Origin: Eledone cirrhosa
Taxonomy: Eukaryota
Direction of reading: 5' to 3'
Length of the DNA: 64,000 nt
Assembly (NCBI GenBank): GCA_964016885.1
Contig: OZ024740.1
Location: forward strand, 256,680,001-256,744,000
Positions 1-12,684 of the stretch are shown here, piece by piece. Both the position numbers and the translations under genes were made by a program. The notes under the pieces were generated by a model. It had not been told where the DNA came from. It was given only the letters and a program-made list of their open reading frames with translations, and did not search any database. Numbering within the stretch: the stretch's first letter is position 1; the number at the start of each line of letters is the position of its first letter.

Positions 1-167
1 CCAAGTACGTCGTCGCTCTTCCCCTCCACTCATCCTCTATAGAACGCCAAGGTTGAGTTCACACCGATCCCATTGCTCGACTGGTCGAGGGCTGTGAGCG
101 CCTGAAGACATTCCAGTCTCCAAGCGCTCCCTCTCGGTCTTCGCTTGACCCAGGACGGCAGAATAAT

Positions 168-455
168 AATAGTAATAAGATTTAAAGTGGGAGGTAAAAA
201 GGATCTGGAACTGCCATGATGTCAGAGTCGTCCCGATTGTCATAGGCTCACTAGGTACTATCTCAAAGAGTTTCCGAGGATTGTTAAAGAATATTATTCC
301 AGCCCCTTTTTTGAACACTTCAAAAGGCATGCTTGCTGGGAACAGCAAGAACCCACCTATACGTCTTGAATATCTGAGGCTGCAGGTAGCGGCTGGATAT
401 TCATTTCAACAAACTTTCCAGTTAAATAACATCAATGACTGAGACTCAAAGAACA
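168..455 (+). mobile_element. 3' fragment of RLE-type non-LTR retrotransposon (R4/Dong-like)
   Basis: Reads DLKWEVKRIWNCHDVRVVPIVIGSLGTISK...KACLLGTAR, the C-terminus of a restriction-like endonuclease; flanked by (TAA)n, the known R4/Dong target. Confidence 0.7.
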
Positions 456-490
<35 letters not shown>

Positions 491-496
491 GTGTTA

Positions 497-682
497 TTTC
501 GTTTAGATCAGTTCTGTTTCTCTGTTGCCGGGTTCAATCCTTGAACCAAGGGCAATAGATGTTTTATTGTAGAGAGAGAACCCGTCTGAGAATGTGTGCT
601 GTTCCTAGTAGCCCGATCTTCTGTAGCTCATATTTGCTGATCTTGCAGGGAAGGACGCTAAGGTGCAGGTCTGATGATTGGA
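497..682 (-). mobile_element. Inverted copy of the 3' end of the adjacent R4/Dong-like LINE
   Basis: Reverse complement closely matches 1862-2045 (gacctgcaccttagcgtccttccc...aacatctattgccct...cccggcaacaga). Confidence 0.85.
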
Positions 683-2060
683 ATTAATGAAGATATGGAA
701 TCCAGCATGCAAGTATGAAGGAAAAGATACGGAAGGAGTACAGAAAGAGAGAGAGACTGGTAACAAAATTTGAGCAAAACTCCTGCAACAAGTTCAAAGC
801 CATTAACAGTCTAGCTGTATAATTTGTAACATAGAGCTTCAACATCATAAACTGGAACCTGCAAGAACTACAAAGGTTGGACACTAAGACAAGGAAACTT
901 TTGACAACGGAAGAAATACACCACCCTAAAGACGATGTACATAGGCTGTATATCTCAAGGAGAGAAGGTGGAAGAGGGCTCCGACAACTGGAGGCTGCAT
1001 ACAAAACAGCAACCATTGGATTGGATAGCTACCTCCACCACACCTGAGAAGAACTCCTTATGCCTGTACTCATGCATGAACGAATAACAAAATAGGCAAG
1101 AAAATGTAGGCAAAAGCTGAGCATGGAAGAAGACATACCCATAGAAAATCAACAACAGAGTGCTGCACAGCTATGACTGTGAAGATCAAAGCAAAGAAAC
1201 TTCAAACAGAGCAACTAACTGTGAATGAAAGGCAAAACCACTACATGGTAGATTCCCAGGACGACTTTTTGACAATGATATTAATCAGCATGGCTCACTA
1301 TCCTGGCTCAGAAGTGCTGGTTTGAAAGCAGAGACTGGGGTACTCTTAGTTGCTGCACAAGACCAATCTCTAAATACTCGAGCCTATAGACACAGAATAG
1401 TGAAAGATGGGACTAGCCTTCTATGCAGAATATGCTACAAACATGAAGAAACGGTAATCATGTTACCTCCGGCTGTCCAGATCTGGCAAAAACTGACTAT
1501 ATCGAAAGACACAACTGCATTGCCAAATATATACATTGGATGCTCTGCCGCTGTCATGACATCCAAACTTCTAACAAATGGTAGGAACATCAACCAAAAA
1601 CACTCATAGAAAAGGGCAACTTATCCATCTTGTGGGATATGCCTGTGATAACTGACTGAGAAATCGCTGCGAACAAACCAGATATCATCATAAAAAATCA
1701 AAACATGTAGCCTTATAGATATCTCCGCGCCAACTGCCCAGAATACATCTATAAAAAGAACAGAAAAACTGTCAAAATACCAAGACATGGAAATAGAGAT
1801 CAACCGCATGTGGAGGATGACTACAAACACTATATCTGGGGTAATAGGAGCATTAAGATTAATACCCAAATGCTCAGACCTGCACCTTAGCGTCCTTCCC
1901 CGCAAGGACAGCTCATATGGGCTACAGAAAATCGGGCTACTATGGACAGCACACATTCTCAGACGAGTTCTCTCTCTACAATAAAAACATCTATTGCCCT
2001 AGACTCAAGGCCTGAACCCGGCAACAGAACTGAACTAAACGAATTAATACAACAATAATA
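683..2060 (+). mobile_element. Degenerate 5'-truncated R4/Dong-like LINE (end of RT, CCHC finger, RLE)
   Basis: RLYISRREGGRGL, LKAETGVLLVAAQDQSLNTR, CRICYKHEET, ILWD..P..TD.EIAANKPDII, KYQDMEIEINRMW; stops and frameshifts; AAT/AAG tail. Confidence 0.85.
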
Positions 2061-2177
2061 AGAAGAACCAAGACAAGAATAGAATCCACGCCATTATGAT
2101 CGTAAATGCAAATCACTTCTCACTAGGCCACGCGCTTCATAATATAAATACATTAATTAGTATTATATTATTAAACA

Positions 2178-2370
2178 TAGAGCGGTGGTTTGGTAGTATC
2201 GGTAGAGCGTCAGACACTATGCTTTGTAGTGTAGAATGATGGACCTTTACATTCTGAGTTCAAATCCCACAGAGGTTAACTTTACCTTTCATCTTTACCG
2301 GGTCGATAAAATAAAGTACCAGTAATGCACTGGAGTATTCGCTGGCCTTGTGCCAAAAGTAGAAACAATT
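2178..2370 (+). mobile_element. tRNA-derived SINE, family A
   Basis: A-box-like tggtagtatcggtagagc, B-box gagttcaaatcc, body ctttcatc...gggtcgataaaataaagtaccagt repeated more than 10 times in the window. Confidence 0.85.
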
Positions 2371-2424
2371 GTATAATTAAACAATTTCAATAATTAAATA
2401 AAATTGTTCATCAAAATTTCATTA

Positions 2425-2640
2425 GAATGGCAGAATCGGTAGAGCATCGGACAACATTCTTTCTGGCATATAATTACGTCCGTTTACGTTCTGATTTCAA
2501 ATCTTGCCGAGGTTATCTTTGCCTTTCATCCTTACGGGGTCGATAAAATAAAGTACCAGTAATGCACTGCTGTCGAGTTAATCGACTTTTCCCATTCCAT
2601 TCAAATTGCTTAGCTTGTACTAAAAAATAGAAACAATTCT
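2425..2640 (+). mobile_element. tRNA-derived SINE, family A
   Basis: Same head and gtcgataaaataaagtaccagt body. Confidence 0.85.
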
Positions 2641-2676
2641 TGAACCACTTGAAAAATAAGACTAACTAAATAAATG

Positions 2677-2728
<52 letters not shown>

Positions 2729-2867
2729 GCGTGTGCGTGTATGTGTGTGCGGATGAGTGCGTGCGTGTGTTTGTGTCTGCTTCTATATATGCAAATGGGA
2801 AACAGAAATAACAAAGCATGCGACAACGAAGAAATATATTATTCCTTTTATGCTGAGTAGGAAAAGA

Positions 2868-2904
2868 GTCTTAACGTTTCGGACGCTAGTCCTTCATGAG
2901 AAAA
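2868..2904 (-). ncRNA. Minimal hammerhead ribozyme motif, G5 mutated
   Basis: Minus strand: tttt CTcATGA a ggac tagc gtcc GAAA cg T t aaga. Confidence 0.55.
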
Positions 2905-3354
2905 CAGAATGAGAAATTAAAGAAGAAATCGAAAAATTGAGGAGTCGGCCAGTGGCGGAAACGAAAAAGAAATTGTAGAAAAAAATTACAGGTTTATTCA
3001 TGTCACCATCTCTTGGAAAATTATTGATGCTGTCGTTTTGTGTAAGCTAATCTTGTTTTAAAAGATGTTGACCAAGCGCCTTTATCTGAAATGGAAGGGT
3101 CGAATATAGAGCTGTAAGTGTTAATGTGTGTGTTTGTAAGAATAAAGCTGTAAGCAAATTTGTGTATACAATTTGTTTGTGTGGTAGTTGTTGATCTGTA
3201 TAAGATGTAAGTGTTTCGACCATAACAGAGCCACAGGAACCTAGAGGGTGATTGTACGCGCGCGTGTTTGACAGCGGACGAGGTAAGGGTGACAGTGGCT
3301 AGGCGTAAAGAAGTAAGTACGAGCATACGTGTGCAAAATGATGAAATTATATCA

Positions 3355-3409
3355 ATGAGATAGAGAGAGAGAGAGAAAGAGAGAAAGAGATAGATAGATA
3401 TATAGATAG

Positions 3410-3441
<32 letters not shown>

Positions 3442-3454
3442 CGAGAGAGAGAGA

Positions 3455-3520
<66 letters not shown>
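3355..3520. repeat. (GA)n/(GATA)n microsatellite
   Basis: Directly visible. Confidence 0.95.
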
Positions 3521-3524
<4 letters not shown>

Positions 3525-3795
3525 TTTATATATATAATTATATATATACATTTAAATTTGATGTTTTACCACTGGGTAGAATTGGTCATTGCAATGTTAA
3601 TCATGGAGTAATATGAGAAAAGCACTCGACGTTATGCAACTCATCCATATTTGATGTTGAATCATGTTGAATCAGGGTTAAATTGCATAATAGGAATGAT
3701 GGTAAACTTTAAGGAAACAAGCAAAGAAAAAACAGACAAGAAAAAAAAAAGTGTTTTTATGTTTTTGTCCCAGAGACGAACCAAGCAGCACGTTG

Positions 3796-3904
<109 letters not shown>

Positions 3905-4904
3905 CTAACTAAACTACCGTCCTTTGGACGGTTCAAATAGCTTTCGATGTAGCTCATTAAACTAAACAAAGTAAATTTGAATACATAGAAGAAAAACGTA
4001 CTTTATGTAAACAGGAAAACCTCAGGCACTATTCCAGCGAAATAATTTTAGATAAATTTAACCATAATATTGTAAAAGTTATGACATCACTTAATGTGTG
4101 AACATCAAGCTTGAAACGGCAAATCTATAACTTAACTTAGTAATCTGTTAGAAATTGCTGGTTGTGAAATATACAAAATGATATTGTTAGTCTCTTTCTT
4201 TCAAGTACAAAGAGTAAATTAAAACCCGAAAGAGCCGAATTACGAAAGATAACTCTTGTCTTACTTAATCAAGAAAATTCACACAAATAACCGAAACTTT
4301 TTTAATGTCTCCAAAGGCCCCAATATCGATTTTTGAAAGACTTTGTAGATCATGTACAGGTTTTGTGCAAGGGGAAGCTCTGTAAAAAATTTCAAAGAAA
4401 TCGCACGAATGGTTTAGAACAAAGTTTCTCAACGGGGGGCATATGCACCCACGGGGGGCGTTTCGGATCTCCAGGGGTGCGTTTAGGAGCAAGGGGGCGT
4501 TAGGGGAGCGTTTGGAGCTTTGAGGGGCGCTGGAATGCTCTTTACTTTGGTAAGTTTTATAAGCCATATTTATATATCTTTGAGACAGCCAGTGTGAATG
4601 CATTTGAATGAGCATGCAGACAGCATAACTATGGTCTGACCGCAGCTGTGAGCAGGTGTGCAGGCGTGTCTAGACATTAACCGGCAATTGAGATCCTAAA
4701 AATGGGAAAACCCACAGTCAACTGGGTCAAGGACACTTTGAGCGCAGCCAGTTAGAATCTTGTCTTTCCTTCACCGATAACAATGTATTTCATGTCTGAA
4801 GTTATTGACTCAACCGTAATGAATTTAACACTATGTAGATCTATTTTATTCCCTATTGTATCAATAATATTACAAATAAAAAAGAAAAGAAAAAACACAG
4901 AAGC

Positions 4905-5421
4905 GGGTAGCACACACATCTAGGACCACATACAACACATAATCAGGTAATACACACATCTAGGACCATATACAACTCATAAGCAGGTAATACACACATC
5001 TAGAACCACATGCAGCACATAAGGAGGTAGCACAACCATCTAGGAACACATACAACATACAGGCAGGTAATACATACATCTAGGACCACATACAACACAT
5101 AATCAGGTAATACAAACATCTAGGACCACATACAACACACAAGCAGGTAATATATAAAGCTAGGACCACACGCAATACATAAGCAGGTAATACATACATC
5201 TAGGACTACATACAACACACAGGCAGGTAATACATACATCTAGGACCCCATACAACACATAATCAGGTAATACAAACATCTAGGACCACATACAACACAC
5301 AAGCAGGTAATATATAAAGCTAGGACCACACGCAATACATAAGCAGGTAATACATACATCTAGGACTACATACAACACACATGCAGGTAATACACACATC
5401 TAGGACCACATACAACACACA
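4905..5421. repeat. 40-bp minisatellite (about 13 units) inside the hAT
   Basis: Unit taggaccacatacaacacataagcaggtaatacacacatc. Confidence 0.95.
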
Positions 5422-5424
5422 CTG

Positions 5425-6112
5425 TATCATGTGCTACGGATGACGCAAGCGCAATGATCGGCCAACATAAGGGTTTCGTCACTCTTCTGAAGAGAGAAAA
5501 TCTATCTGTATTTGCTGTTCATTATGTCATTCATCGACAACATTTGGCTGCGAAGAAACTAAGCGAGCCGCTGAGCGTCCTTGCAGGTGGCCATTGATGT
5601 TATCAATTTTATCAAACAGCATTCCCTCAATAAACGAATTTTCCGCCAACTGTGCCAAGATAATGACGAAGAATTCTTCAAGTTGCTCCTTCATACTGAA
5701 GTGAGGTGGCTTTCAAAGGGCAAGTGCCTTACTCACTTCTTTGAACTCTTCGATTCTATCATTGAGTTTCTGCTAGGACGCAACACAAAACTGCACAAGA
5801 AAACCCTTGATGTGAGGCAAAACTGCGCCTACCTCACCGACATCTTCCCAAAATAGGTGAACCCCTTTTTGGGATGCAAGAGGAAATCCAGCGTTGATTT
5901 CCACACCTACATGTAGAGGCTAAGAGATTTGCTCTGCCTTTTCCAAGCTCATACTTAGTTGAGAGGGGTTTGGCGCTGTTTCCAGACTGTACAGTAAGGC
6001 TCGCAACCGCTACAATGTAATTACACCTGGAGATCTCCGGCTACATCTTACGAAAATCCAGCCTGGTGTCAAAGAGTTAGCTAGACTCCATGAAGCTCAA
6101 GGGTCCCATTGA
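5425..6112 (+). pseudogene. hAT (Buster/ZBED5-SCAND3-like) transposase remnant
   Basis: SCATDDASAMIG, HYVIHRQHLAAK, LLLHTEVRWLSKGKCL, AYLTDIF, LPFPSSYLVERG; frameshifts. Confidence 0.85.
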
Positions 6113-6715
6113 AATAAGGTCAAAGTTAAATTAAGTTGATTTATCCGAAAACTTGGATATGCTATTGTTACAAAGTAAACTAACATTTTTTTTATTTGTA
6201 CTTGCAGTCTGAATGGACTGGAAACAATCTACCTCAATTCACTTACCCATTTGTTGTATATATTTTACCATTTACTAATAAATATACCCTCTTACGTGGT
6301 CATGAAAACCCTCTTCTGTGGTCTCTAAGCTCACAAAGCGGAGGGGACATCAAGTTAGATATCAACATTTATCCTGTCCGTTTCATTAAAGGGAACATTG
6401 GAAAGCTTTGAAATGATATAATTGCCACTTTCTTCCAGATAAGAGCACTCTTTGGATAGATAGAGTTGCTCTTGTATAAATGTTCAAAATAGCTGGTATC
6501 GCCTGGTGAGAATATACCAAATTCAACTGGTCCTTATTTATAAAAAAGAACATTTATGTTCCTTTTTTTTAAAATTTATATATTTATATTTCCTTTCCAG
6601 GTATGTATTTATACTCTCAGCTGCCTGCAATGGTATCTTTGGAATATTGTTAATCAATTTTTTAGTAATCTACTGATATCAAAATCAGTAGTATATTGAA
6701 AAATGGAAAAATAAG

Positions 6716-6746
<31 letters not shown>

Positions 6747-6882
6747 GGCATTTCGTGATTTCGAGATTTTTTGGCCTGAATGGGTTGAGAACCTGTGGTT
6801 TAGAATATATGGGCCCTCATTAAAAATTGTCCACACACACATACACATACATACAGAAAACTACAGATTTATATATATACAG

Positions 6883-6945
<63 letters not shown>

Positions 6946-7767
6946 TGTGTGAATGTGTGTGTGTGTGTATTGTTATATTTGAGGATGGTCATGTTGTTGA
7001 TATTGCATAGAAAGAAGCACACACACCATATATTTTTCACTATCTTTATTGTTCATTCATTTCTCCAAGTTCTTTCCTCACATATTTTGTGACCCCCTCA
7101 ATGTCTATTTGTTTTATGCCTCTTCTTTTTTATGATCTTAAACTTTTAATCCATCTTGTCTTTTTGTTTTGTTTTGGTGGTGTGATTTTCGTGTTTGGTG
7201 TCTGCGCATGCTTTTGCTACTGCGTCTTTGTGTGTGTAGGTTTGTTTTGTTTAATGTTTTTCTCTTTATGTCTTGCAGAACAAATACATGTATATATATA
7301 TATATATATATATTCTAGCTGAAGTACCCGGCTTCGTCCGGGAGAAGACTTAAGAGAAGACGGATAAAAAAAAACGACTGTATTTGATGTGTTGTCTGGT
7401 ATGAGGTGAGACTGTAGTGTGAGTGTGTGTGAGAGAGACATAAAAAAACAATCATGAAACTTCCTTATTAGGCTGGGGGAGTAAACTACCAATTAAATTG
7501 TACCACTGGCCTTGGATTTTATATGTTGTGAAATAACCAGTCAGTATGATCTTTTTCAGCTCCAAAGGACGTCATCTGAAACACAGCAATATATCACATA
7601 ACATTGCTTGTGAAGTGTTTAGCTTCATTAGTAATGTCTGTGAGTAGTATATGGATAAAAGCTGGAGGGTAGATTAAATTCAAATAGTATCGATGTTTCT
7701 TTGTTCTGTAAAATCAAAGACTGCAAAACGACTTTATAAAAGCTAACGCAATATTGATCGTATAGAT

Positions 7768-10027
7768 CAGGGGTCACCAAACTTTTTTTACAGTGGGCCG
7801 GATAACTGAAAGAATGACGAGCGCGGGCCGCATAATCATTCTGTTCAATACTTGCAAGCCAGAACGAAAGCTCTGGGAAAAAAGACGAAACACTACGTTT
7901 AGCATTCCATGTTAATCATGGGTGAGTGGCATGCAATGCACAAAAAACAAAGACAACCAACATATTTATTTACTAAAAGGTTATCAAAGAAGGCGACGTT
8001 AGCAAAAATATAGCTACATCAGACCTAGTGTGCACATATCCAAATCTTACAAACTAAGCAACAAAAAAGGTTAGTGAGATTTCTGAAACTGACGTTTGGC
8101 TTTCAAGATGTCGTCAATGTTTGGTTTGGAATTGCTGCATTCAATCAAGAGAATTGCTTTCAAATGTTCATCAGTCAATCTCGTTCGATATGTTGACCTC
8201 ACATACTTCATTTTTGAAAATGTTTGCTCACAGACATAAGTTGTTCCAAAAAAAGATGCCACACCAGCGGCAAATTTCTTCAATTTCGGAAACTCAACAT
8301 CAGGTAAGAAGCGGTAAAATTCAACAAGTTTTCCTTCTCTTCAACAAGTCATTTGCTTCCAAATCAATGAGCTCCAACTGTAGTTCAACTAGCACATCAT
8401 CAAGGTTACAATCAAACGGATTCTGTAACAGAAGAATGTCACTCTCAATTCTGTCGAGATCTGAAAATCTCTCCAAAAAATGCTTCTTCAAGTCACGAAT
8501 AATCTTTTTAGGAAAATCGAGGTTGACATCTTCAGCAATTGTAGCGCAAAACTCTTTGAAACAGTGAAAATAAGAGAAGTTTTCTCCTTCCAGTTGTGCT
8601 TCAAACAATGACAGCTTTCTCCGAAATCCTTTGATGATTCTGTAGAGATCACAGACGAGGTTATCCTTTCCCTGAAGTTTCAAGTTCAGTTCATTCATGT
8701 GGGATGTGATGTCGACCAAAAATGACAACTTTGATAGCCAGGTAGGAACTGACAGCTGTGGATCAGCACTATCTTTTTCAGTGAGAAAAACATCTATTTC
8801 GTTTCGGAGCTTGTAAAAACGAAACAGGACTTTACCGCAGCTGAGCCACCTCACTGCTGCGTGATAAGACAAGTCACAGAAATCAGAATCAATTTATTCA
8901 AGAAAAGCCTGGAACTGACGGTGATTGAGTGCATATCCCCGAATGAAGTTCACAGCAGAAACGACTGGTTTCAGTACACAAGAAATATCCAAGTCTTTCC
9001 CACAGAGTGCTTGCTGATGTATGATGCAGAGTATGAACAGAGCGCCCGGAATTTGCAAATCTTCCAACTGAGTCCTGATCTGCCCGACCAGACCCTTCCT
9101 CACTCCAGCCATGCTTTTTCCTCCATCAACTGTAACACATCGAAGCTGATTCCACTGAAGGTCTTGCAAAGTTTTCTGCACTTCCATGAAAATGTCTTTT
9201 CCAGTTGTTGTTCCATACATGCAGCAAACGGGTGCCAACTCTTCCGTTATCTGAAAGTCCAAATTGATACCCCGAATGAACACGAGAAGTTGTGACGTAC
9301 TCGAGAGATCAGTAGACTCATCCAGCGCCAGAGAATACCACAACAAGTTCCTAGCTTTCTCACGTATCTGTAGCACTATGTTCTCTCCAAGTTCTTCTGT
9401 TCTCCGCACAACTGAACTTGCTGAAAGCCTGATACTTCCAAACAAATCGGCTTTCTCAGGACACAAGTCATTTGCTGCTTCCATCATACACTATTTGATG
9501 AAGTTGCCATCAGTAAACGGTTTTCCTCGCTCTGCCAACTTATGCACTATTTTGTAACTTGTACGAGTGACAGATTCATTTTCAGCAAACTTTCTCGTAA
9601 AGAGATTTCTTTGAGTTTCTAAACCACGTTTGATGGACTCATATTTCTCAGAGTGTAACTTTCCAGAAAACTTTGAATATGTTGATAGATGTTTTGTTTC
9701 ATAGTGACGCCGGAGATTGTACTCTTTCAAAACGGCAACACTTTTGCTGCATAACACGCAACTAGCTTTCTGGTCCTTTGTTTCCACAAAGAAGTACTTT
9801 ACTCCCCATTCTTCATTGAAAACGCGACACTCAGCGTCCACTTTTCTTTTCTTAGTAGCTATAATAAAGGGTGAAGAAAACGGGATCTGAAAATGAAAAA
9901 GACATTAAATTAGAAACATCTCGTGTTCCATCCATTTTATCACGCAAATGCAAGTACCGTCAGCGGGCCTGATGAAATGACGTCGCGAGCCTGATCCGGC
10001 CCGCGGGACGTAGTTTGGTGACCCCTG
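7768..10027 (-). mobile_element. Full-length Buster/Charlie-SPIN-type hAT transposon
   Basis: 16-bp perfect TIRs caggggtcaccaaact; perfect TSD gtatagat (7760-7767, 10028-10035). Confidence 0.95.
8071..9860 (-). pseudogene. hAT transposase (GTF2IRD2/SPIN-like), disrupted by a few stops and frameshifts
   Basis: KRKVDAECRVFNEEW, BED finger CVLC...RRHYETKH, YSLALDESTD, VTVDG, CIIHQQALC, VRWLSCGKVL, FGTTYVCEQTFSKMK. Confidence 0.92.
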
Positions 10028-10413
10028 GTATAGATAAAAAGATCTATAGTTTAAGTTGTTTTTAGACTTTCGTGAGACGTTACTCTCTCTCTCTCTGAAT
10101 ATCTAACATATTAATTGTATCTCTCTCTGTATAACGGCCTATCTCTCTCTTTCTCCCTCTCCCTCTGTGTTTCTGTGTGTGTATGTATTTGTATGTGCGT
10201 GTAGTTTTCAACCACCCACCCAACCAACCAATAAACATCTCTCTTTTATATTATACTAGCTGAGGTACCCAGCTTCGCCAAGGTTAACAAATGATGAGAA
10301 GACCGGCAGAAGAGAAAACGTCTGTATTGAATGCATTGTCTTGTTTACAGTGTGTGTGTATTGTGTATGTGTGTGTGTGAGTGTTCGTGTGTGTGTATGT
10401 GTGTATATATATA

Positions 10414-10448
<35 letters not shown>

Positions 10449-10472
10449 GTTTGTGTGTGCCTGTGTGAGTGT

Positions 10473-10537
<65 letters not shown>

Positions 10538-11091
10538 CCACCGTTGGAATTGGAGACATAGGCCGCGAAACACGATCATCACTGACAACGAACTCGCAGA
10601 GAGAATCGCTTATGGTTGATTCCCAACCTGCTAGAAATAGCAGTCAGGCTGGTTAGCATACGTGGTATGTCTTCTTCTTTGATGTTATAAAATTAGTATC
10701 AATAAACTTTCCTGGATATACTCTTATCCCAATCCTGTACATACTTTCCTATTGTCACTTTTCGTTTTTTTTCGTGTGATTCGCGAAGGAACAAACCAAC
10801 ACACAACTCTCTTTTATATCTCTTTTATTTGTTCATTCAAAATATTTTTCAGCTAATTCTGTCGTACAATATACATCAGCAATCGTTATCTAATGTTTAA
10901 AACATATGAATAGCTGCGATATATGCACCATATCAATCAAAAACGATATGAGAATTGAATACCATACTAAAGCGCCAGTAAGCTTGCTAAGAACTAGCAG
11001 ATAGAAATGTTAATAAATACATTTGACTTGGGTAAACTTTAAGATGTTCTTTCATTGTAGGTTTCTTTTCTCCTTCCTCTCCTCTTCCTTA

Positions 11092-11204
11092 GCTCACCCT
11101 AGAGCATCCTACATACAATTGACCATGGTTTTCCCAGATGAAGGCCAGCCACTTTTAGGATTTGACCCTGAGCTTTGTTGATGATATTCGCGAAGCTTAG
11201 TCTC
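11092..11204 (-). pseudogene. Helitron Pif1-type helicase C-terminal fragment
   Basis: RLSFANIINKAQGQILKVAGLHL, then frameshift, then HGQLYVGCSRV (helicase motifs V-VI). Confidence 0.85.
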
Positions 11205-11394
11205 TCTGTTGCTCTAGTAACATTTTTTTCTTCTGGAAAATCTGATCTTGCGGCCAGGCTAGGACTTTTGGTGTGGCATATCGGCAGTAACAATGGCGAT
11301 AAGCCGTCTGTGCTTTCGTGAAATAAATACGTTTGTTTATATTTTGTTTTTGTATATGCAAAAATCTGTACACGAATATATAATTATATATATA

Positions 11395-11580
11395 TTAAAA
11401 TAACAGATTAAAGTTTAAGCAAAGATTCGCTGCTTTCCCCCTTAACGGGATCTTCTGAAACTAAAAAAAATCAATCTGTGAACGCAGAAGTAAATATTTC
11501 GAAAAACGTTGCAACCGAAAGAAAACAGGAACACGATACTTTGGTTCGTGAAGACGTTAGGAATGTCGTATAACCGGAAG
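11395..11580 (-). mobile_element. Short HHR-bearing repeat family F1 (variant hammerhead at 11412-11462)
   Basis: Homologous to 39121, 40250, 48605, 51617 and 53141; minus strand agttt CAGAAGA tccc gttaa gggg GAAA gcagcgaatctttgc T t aaact. Confidence 0.7.
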
Positions 11581-12469
11581 TGTTGACTTTTGATAATTTT
11601 AAAGAAGTGAATATTTAAATAATGCCTTTAATCTTTTAACAAAATTCAGTAGACTAAAGTATTCTCACTTTCTTACTAGAAAAAAGTTACATCTATGGTG
11701 CAAATTTGGTGCCGTTTGGTCCAGCCGCTTGGCGGAATGTTTGTTACCTACATACGGCTTTATAGTATAGATATAGATATATGGAGTGCTGTGTCCGTCG
11801 TTTGTGTTTTTAATTTAAAAAAAAATACTTTTTTAATGTTTCCTCTTAAAAAATTGTTTTTCGTTTTACCTTGTTTCCGTTCGTTGTCTTGTCCTCACTT
11901 TATTAATGTTATTATATTTAGCAATACTAATGTGACGAACGTATTATCTCTTCTCCCCACCACCATTTATTGCAATGGCTTACGTTTATTGTCACTGTAT
12001 CTTATTTTCTTCTTGTCCCCCCCCCTTTGTTTCATATTGACTACGGGCTAAAAGACACTACACTTTGCCCCTGACGTCACATAAAATTCTTTGTATTTGT
12101 AGCTTAATTGCTATAAATTAATGTTTTGTCTCTCGTCTCTTACTTTACTGGACAACGTTTGGCTTGTATCAGACGCTATGACCTCGAGTGGACCAGCAGT
12201 ACCGTTGATAGGGGTCGAAACCTCGCAAGTCCATCTCAACGACTGATTACCCTGGAATTCTGTGTACGTTTGTATTTTTTTTTTTTTTAATCATTTAATC
12301 ATAAAAAAAATATTTTTCGTTTTGCCTTATTTCCGTCTTGTCAACTCTTAGTTAGTTTTATTTTTCGGTCTTACCCGATGACTTCGTTTCAGTATCATAT
12401 ATATATATATATATAAAGAGAAAGCGAGAGAGATGGTTACATAAAGGGATAGATAGATAGACAGATCTG

Positions 12470-12600
12470 GATTAATATCGGGCCGTAGTCACAGCTAAAA
12501 AAGTTACTCAGCACATTAGTGGAGTATAAGCATCCTTATTTAATGTAGAAATTACTTCTACTAGACTAGAACTGTTTCATTCGTATGAAATCATCGAGAG
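12470..12600 (-). mobile_element. Short repeat family F2 with a degenerate HHR-like segment
   Basis: gatgatttcatacgaatGAAAcagttctaGTC; homologous to 29383-29495 (-) and 52070-52250. Confidence 0.5.
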
Positions 12601-12684
12601 AGAGAGAGAATTCTTTATATATATATATATTAGAAAATGTGTGAAATCCTTGGTACAGTTAGGTATATTTGAAAAAAGGTAAAG

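Larger units (their letters stand above)
4420..6797 (+). mobile_element. Buster-group hAT DNA transposon, internally deleted
   Basis: TIRs caaagtttctcaac / gttgagaacctgtg; perfect 8-bp TSD gtttagaa (4412-4419, 6798-6805). Confidence 0.9.
3905..6883 (-). mobile_element. Non-autonomous Helitron interrupted by a hAT
   Basis: Minus strand starts atctgtatatatataaatc and ends with hairpin ccgtcc-aaa-ggacgg followed by TTAG (CTAG-like); sequence resumes across the hAT TSD. Confidence 0.6.
7315..10255 (-). mobile_element. Non-autonomous Helitron interrupted by a hAT
   Basis: 3' end on minus strand: cccgg-acgaag-ccggg hairpin then CTAG; 5' end ataatataaaagagagatg. Confidence 0.6.
10256..11777 (-). 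mobile_element. Helitron with RepHel remnant, in tandem with the previous Helitron
   Basis: 5' TC start (tctatatctatactataaagcc), 3' hairpin and CTAG at 10256-10259; helicase remnant inside. Confidence 0.7.

Noticed and set aside
4905-5421. CRISPR-like regular repeat
   Set aside because: Head-to-tail units with no unique spacers, no cas genes, eukaryotic context
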